Below are positions 59,479 through 64,000 of a stretch of DNA of 64,000 nucleotides, piece by piece. The DNA lies in the NCBI GenBank assembly GCA_964016885.1, contig OZ024742.1, forward strand, positions 85,622,001 to 85,686,000. The letters run 5' to 3'. How positions within the stretch are numbered: position 1 is the stretch's first letter; every line of letters begins with the position of its first letter. Below the pieces are notes generated by a model, which searched no databases, was not told where the DNA came from, and saw nothing but the letters and a program-made list of their open reading frames with translations. The DNA is from Eledone cirrhosa. Lineage: Eukaryota. A program made the position numbers and the translations under genes.

Positions 59479-60850
59479 GTCAGTCCTGTGTCATCTCCAT
59501 TGTAGTGACAGAGGTGTCAGTCCTGTGTCATCTCCGTTGTAGTGACAGAGGTGTCAGTCCTGTGTCATCTCCATTTTAGTGACAGAGGTGTCAGTCCTGT
59601 GTCATCTCCATTGTAGTGACAGAGGTGTCAGTCCTGTGTCATCTCCATTGTAGTGACAGAGGTGTCAGTCCTGTGTCATCTCCGTTGTAGTTACAGAGGT
59701 GTCAGTCCTGTGTCATCTCCATTGTATTGACAGAGGTGTCAGTCCTGTGTCATCTCCATTGTAGTGACAGAGGGGTCAGTCCTGTGTCATCTCCATTGTA
59801 GTGACGGAGGTGTCAGTCCTGTGTCATCTCCATTGTATTGACAGAGGTGTCAGTCCTGTGTCATCTCCGTTGTAGTGACAGAGGTGTCAGTCCTGTGTCA
59901 TCTCCGTTGTAGTGACAGAGGTGTCAGTCCTGTGTCATCTCCATTGTATTGACAGAGATGTCAGTCTTGTGTCATCTCCGTTGTAGTGACAGAGGTGTCA
60001 GTCCTGTGTCATCTCCATTGTATTGACAGAGGTGTCAGTCCTGTGTCATCTCCGTTGTAGTGACAGAGGTGTCAGTCCTGTGTCATCTCCGTTGTAGTGA
60101 CAGAGGTGTCAGTCCTGTGTCATCTCTGTTGTAGTGACAGAGGTACAGTCCTGTGTCATCTCCATTGTAGTGACAGAGGTGTCAGTCCTGTGTCATCTCC
60201 ATCGTATTGACAGAGGTGTCAGTCTTGTGTCATCTCCATTGTATTGACAGAGGTGTCAGTCCTGTGTCATCTCCATTGTAGTGACTAGGTCTCAGTCCTG
60301 TGTCATCTCCATTATAGTGACAGAGGTGTCAGTCCTGTGTCATCTCCATTGTAGTGACAGACGTGTCAGTCCTGTGTCATCTCCATTGTATTGACAGAGT
60401 TGTCAGTCCTGTGTCATCTCCGTTGTAGTGACAGAGGTGTCACTCCTGTGTAATCTCCATTGTAGTGACAGAGGTCTCAGTCCTGTGTCATCTCCATTGT
60501 AGTGACAGAGGTGTCAGTCCTGTGTCATCTCCATTGTATTGACAGACGTGTCAGTCCTGTGTCATCTCCATTGTAGTGACAGAGGTGTCAGTCCTGTGTC
60601 ATCTCCATTGTAGTTACAGAGGTGTCAGTCCTGTGTCATCTCCGTTGTAGTGACAGAGGTGTCAGTCCTGTGTCATCTCCATTGTAGTGACAGAGGTGTC
60701 AGTCCTGTGTCATCTCCATTGTATTGACAGAGGTGTCAGTCCTGTGTCATCTCCATTGTATTGACAGAGGTGTCAGTCCTGTGTCATCTCCATTGTAGTG
60801 ACTGAGGTCTCAGTCCTGTTTCATCTCCGTTGTAGTGACAGAGGTGTCAG
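59479..60850. repeat. 37-bp minisatellite, about 37 copies
   Basis: Unit GTCAGTCCTGTGTCATCTCCATTGTAGTGACAGAGGT, head-to-tail, no spacers. Confidence 0.97.
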
Positions 60851-60879
60851 AGCACCAATTCTAATTTTCAATTCCTGTT

Positions 60880-61150
60880 TGACCGACAATCGCTCGTTAT
60901 AATCAATTCCTGATTATGACTACAATTCTATAACAATCAAACATTCATTATTTTCAGCAAACAGGTGGAGTAGTTAGCTGTGATAAGAACCAACTAGTAC
61001 GAAACAGAGCTCTGTCAGCTTTATCTCCCCCTGTTTGCTGAAAATTTAAAGTAAGTCAAACTGTCACTACTCTAAAACAATAGCTTAATGTCTTCAACAT
61101 TATTTTAATTAAGCATACCGTGTATTGCAAAATGCACTATATTTACAGTC
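60880..61150 (+). mobile_element. Family G element with degenerate HHR at 60976-61020
   Basis: AGCT-GTGATAA-GAAC-CAACTA-GTAC-GAAA-CAGAGCTCTG-TC-AGCT. Confidence 0.7.
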
Positions 61151-61164
61151 ATATATATATATAA

Positions 61165-61750
61165 TTTTGAGTATGTGTTGGTTGTTGCCGATACATTACT
61201 AAGCAGGTTAAAGCACTCAATGTAGTGCGTAGGTGGGTTTGTTTACTGCGGAGTAATGTAAAGACAAGAAGTGTAAGTCAGCAGGTTAAAATTAACCAGA
61301 CCGACCGGTAGCTGACCTGCTCACACCACTACAGTTGGGTTGGTCAACTGGATCAGAATATATATTTGCAGGTAAAAGCAAACATAACATGCTGAATCTG
61401 TTTCTAGGTAAACTGAGCGAAGAACTCCAATATACTTTCGGCTGGTGTGTTGACATGATATCTGAACATTGGGGTGAAGGTATAATCTTCGGTCGCTGGA
61501 TTTCATTAATTCTAAATCATATACTCTCAGTTCCTTAGAGGATTAACACCACGCTCTGTATCTGAATATATCAACGAATTAACAAGGTAAAATCTTTTCC
61601 AACATTATGTTTTCCTGTTTTTTCTGTTCAAATTCTAAGTGCCCGATGAGGTCATAGATGTTGAATAATGGCTATCACCGAAATATATATAGCAGCGAAT
61701 ATGAATAAACGAAGGTAATTTTAACCTGTTGACTTACACTACTTGTTCAT
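61165..61750. mobile_element. Family C-related fold-back element with C4-variant HHR at 61640-61694
   Basis: TGC-CCGATGA-GGTCATAG...CTATCACC-GAAA-TATATA-TA-GCA; 61264-61294 inverted at 61716-61746. Confidence 0.65.
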
Positions 61751-61849
61751 ATATATATATATAATTATGATTTTATTTTTCGATCAAGTACAGCTGATAA
61801 ATAAATATAAGTACGCATACGTACACGCACGTACGCACGCACACACACA

Positions 61850-61910
<61 letters not shown>

Positions 61911-62072
61911 ACACATATATATGAGAGTAGGTCAAATTGAAGACTCCCCCTTCCCCTCCAACATCCAGTTGTCCAAAACTGCACTGTTGATAAAGCTGGA
62001 GCGCCATCCCCTAATGTAGCAAACATGACAGCAATAATGTATTGTGGGTCTAAACGCTTTTTTTGTTTGTAG

Positions 62073-62315
62073 GCACTTCATATCACCACGATGCCGAATG
62101 TTGTCCATTTTCAAGAGAATCCTTACTACGTACATTTGAAATCTTATTTGAACAGTCATACTGCAATTTATGTGGGAGGGAACATTTCCGCTTTTAATAG
62201 GAAGAGTTTAAAGTCATGCATGAAGTATTCTACGATCCTAGCATCAAACATTCATAGTTACTGTATGGATTTTCAGCACCATCCTCGTAGCTCTAAAACT
62301 TCTCTCTCGAAGAGG
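62073..62315 (+). other. Candidate host coding exon of unknown product
   Basis: TTTTTTTGTTTGTAG acceptor, about 81 open non-repetitive codons, AG|GTACGT donor; alternative donor ATG|GTAAGT at 62376. Confidence 0.25.
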
Positions 62316-62620
62316 TACGTTTTACAGATTTAGAGCCTTAGATATGGATCTACAGAAATCTGGTTTAGAATATATGGTAAGTAATAATTTCAGCATTTAG
62401 TGTTTATAAATTGTAGATATTAATGTTTCAGATTTGTGAGAGAGTTTTTGTCTCTGCTGATGCAATTATGAATTTAGAACTTTACTACTCTTATCTGCAA
62501 ATCGTCTCAATAATGTTCTGTTTCGTCTTTTTGTATTGTTTAGAATATTTGTATATGGTATATATCATATTTAGTATCAAATTGTAATATATATAAATGT
62601 ATCTATATATATATATATGT

Positions 62621-62942
62621 ATTAGAAAGTGAGGTTTTTTTTACAAATTGAAAAATAACCGAGGTGTCCTACACGAGTGAAAATATAAAGAAAAAGTGAT
62701 GAAATCGAAAATGCAACTGGAGTCTTATTTTTTTTTTAAATATATATATTTATTTGGTTCCTTTACTGGTTTCGCAGTTCTTCTGCTTTTCAAAAGGTGA
62801 GTTGAGATGGAGAGTCTGTAGTTTTTCTCACATCTGAAAAGCAGAAGAACTGCGAAACCGGTAAAGGAACCAAATAAATATATATATTTTAAAAAAAAAT
62901 AAGACTCCAGTTGCATTTTCGATTTCATCTCTTTTTCTTTAT
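62621..62942. mobile_element. Family B fold-back with U3-A8 HHR at 62760-62797 (-) and truncated inverted copy 62834-62867 (+)
   Basis: Arms about 62683-62792 / 62835-62942. Confidence 0.8.
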
Positions 62943-62959
62943 TGACCATATATGGAATT

Positions 62960-63053
62960 ACCCCTTGAGAAGATCGGCTATTTAAATACCAGGATAAATT
63001 TTCATTTAGTCCAGAATTAGCCGTCGAAACGGCTGGAGCTCAGCCGTCGGGGT
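62960..63053 (+). ncRNA. Type I hammerhead with stable stem III (family H full copy)
   Basis: ACCCC-TTGAAGA-AGATCGGCTA...TAGCCGTC-GAAA-CGGCTG-GAGCT-CAGCCG-TC-GGGGT. Confidence 0.72.
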
Positions 63054-63148
63054 CTTACTGGTTCCTATTACCTACTCTACTACCCCAAGTATTGAGTACT
63101 TTGGTGCGTTATGGTCCACCTGGTTCCTTACCACATTTCCTTCGTTTT

Positions 63149-63305
<157 letters not shown>

Positions 63306-63484
63306 TTTAATATATATTTAATAAAGAGACAGATTTAAGCAGTACTCTGACCGACTTCCGTCTCACTCAACAAACATTAGGATATTCCTTAGTCTAATCC
63401 CAATTATACGTTTGGGGTGCCCACCATACGTATTTTGCGGATAGCCAGTTGTATTTTTTTATATGAGACATAAATAAATAAACA

Positions 63485-63554
<70 letters not shown>

Positions 63555-63726
63555 ATTAGTATATTTACCAACATATGCGCACAGATGTACACTAATGCTA
63601 GCAAATACATAAGTTATGTCATATTACCTAGGTGGTTCTATGCAGGGGGATGCAGAACAATTATATGAAAGACGTAAAATAAGAAAATTTTAAAAATTAA
63701 AATTTAACTTACTTGCTAAAATTTTC

Positions 63727-63808
63727 ACTCCAACTAATTAGTTTCTGTAATGGGATAAAGATAGTTACGCAATGCAACCATCGAGAATTAATTACATCAT
63801 CAGGGAGT
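63727..63808 (-). ncRNA. Type I hammerhead ribozyme with extended stem II
   Basis: Minus strand ACTCC-CTGATGA-TGTAAT...ATTACA-GAAA-CTAATTAG-TT-GGAGT; all stems perfect. Confidence 0.8.
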
Positions 63809-64000
63809 CTATTCTCAGCTAAGTCTCCAGGCAATGCGCGGACACTAGGGACTCATATAAAAATAATAATTCGGTGGATGGAACAGCTAGCGGGGACTGA
63901 ATTCCATAGCACTGAAAATGTTCACTGTCTCTGGTCAAGTGGCAGATTCTAAAGAATCAATCACGTGACACTGAGGCTAGTAAGTAGGAGTGAGATGGTA

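Noticed and set aside
59479-60850. CRISPR array (37-bp palindromic repeat)
   Set aside because: Units are head-to-tail with no unique spacers, no cas genes, eukaryotic context

Overview
AT-rich, microsatellite-saturated eukaryotic (animal) non-coding DNA, most likely from an octopus (inferred from a recurrent tRNA-derived SINE resembling the common Octopus SINE). There is one 200-N gap and no confidently identifiable host gene. Almost all listed ORFs are translations of (TA)n/(CA)n tracts. The real content is mobile DNA, dominated by Penelope-like retroelements (PLEs) of at least three types: Naiad-like RT+GIY-YIG copies (one nearly intact at 37.6-41.2 kb), Neptune-like copies and a Nematis-like fragment. 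Decayed RTE LINEs, a mariner, SINEs, a probable Helentron-type element and a 37-bp minisatellite are also present. The main hidden signal is RNA-level: about 30 type I hammerhead-ribozyme (HHR) motifs from roughly 10 repeat families, mostly in short non-coding fold-back (inverted pLTR) elements sitting in (TA)n tracts. These include a young 466-bp HHR-bearing tandem array (retrozyme/circRNA candidate) and families with covarying non-canonical cores (U3-A8, U3-A8+C13, C4). All coordinates, folds and translations were read by eye and may be off by a few bases.
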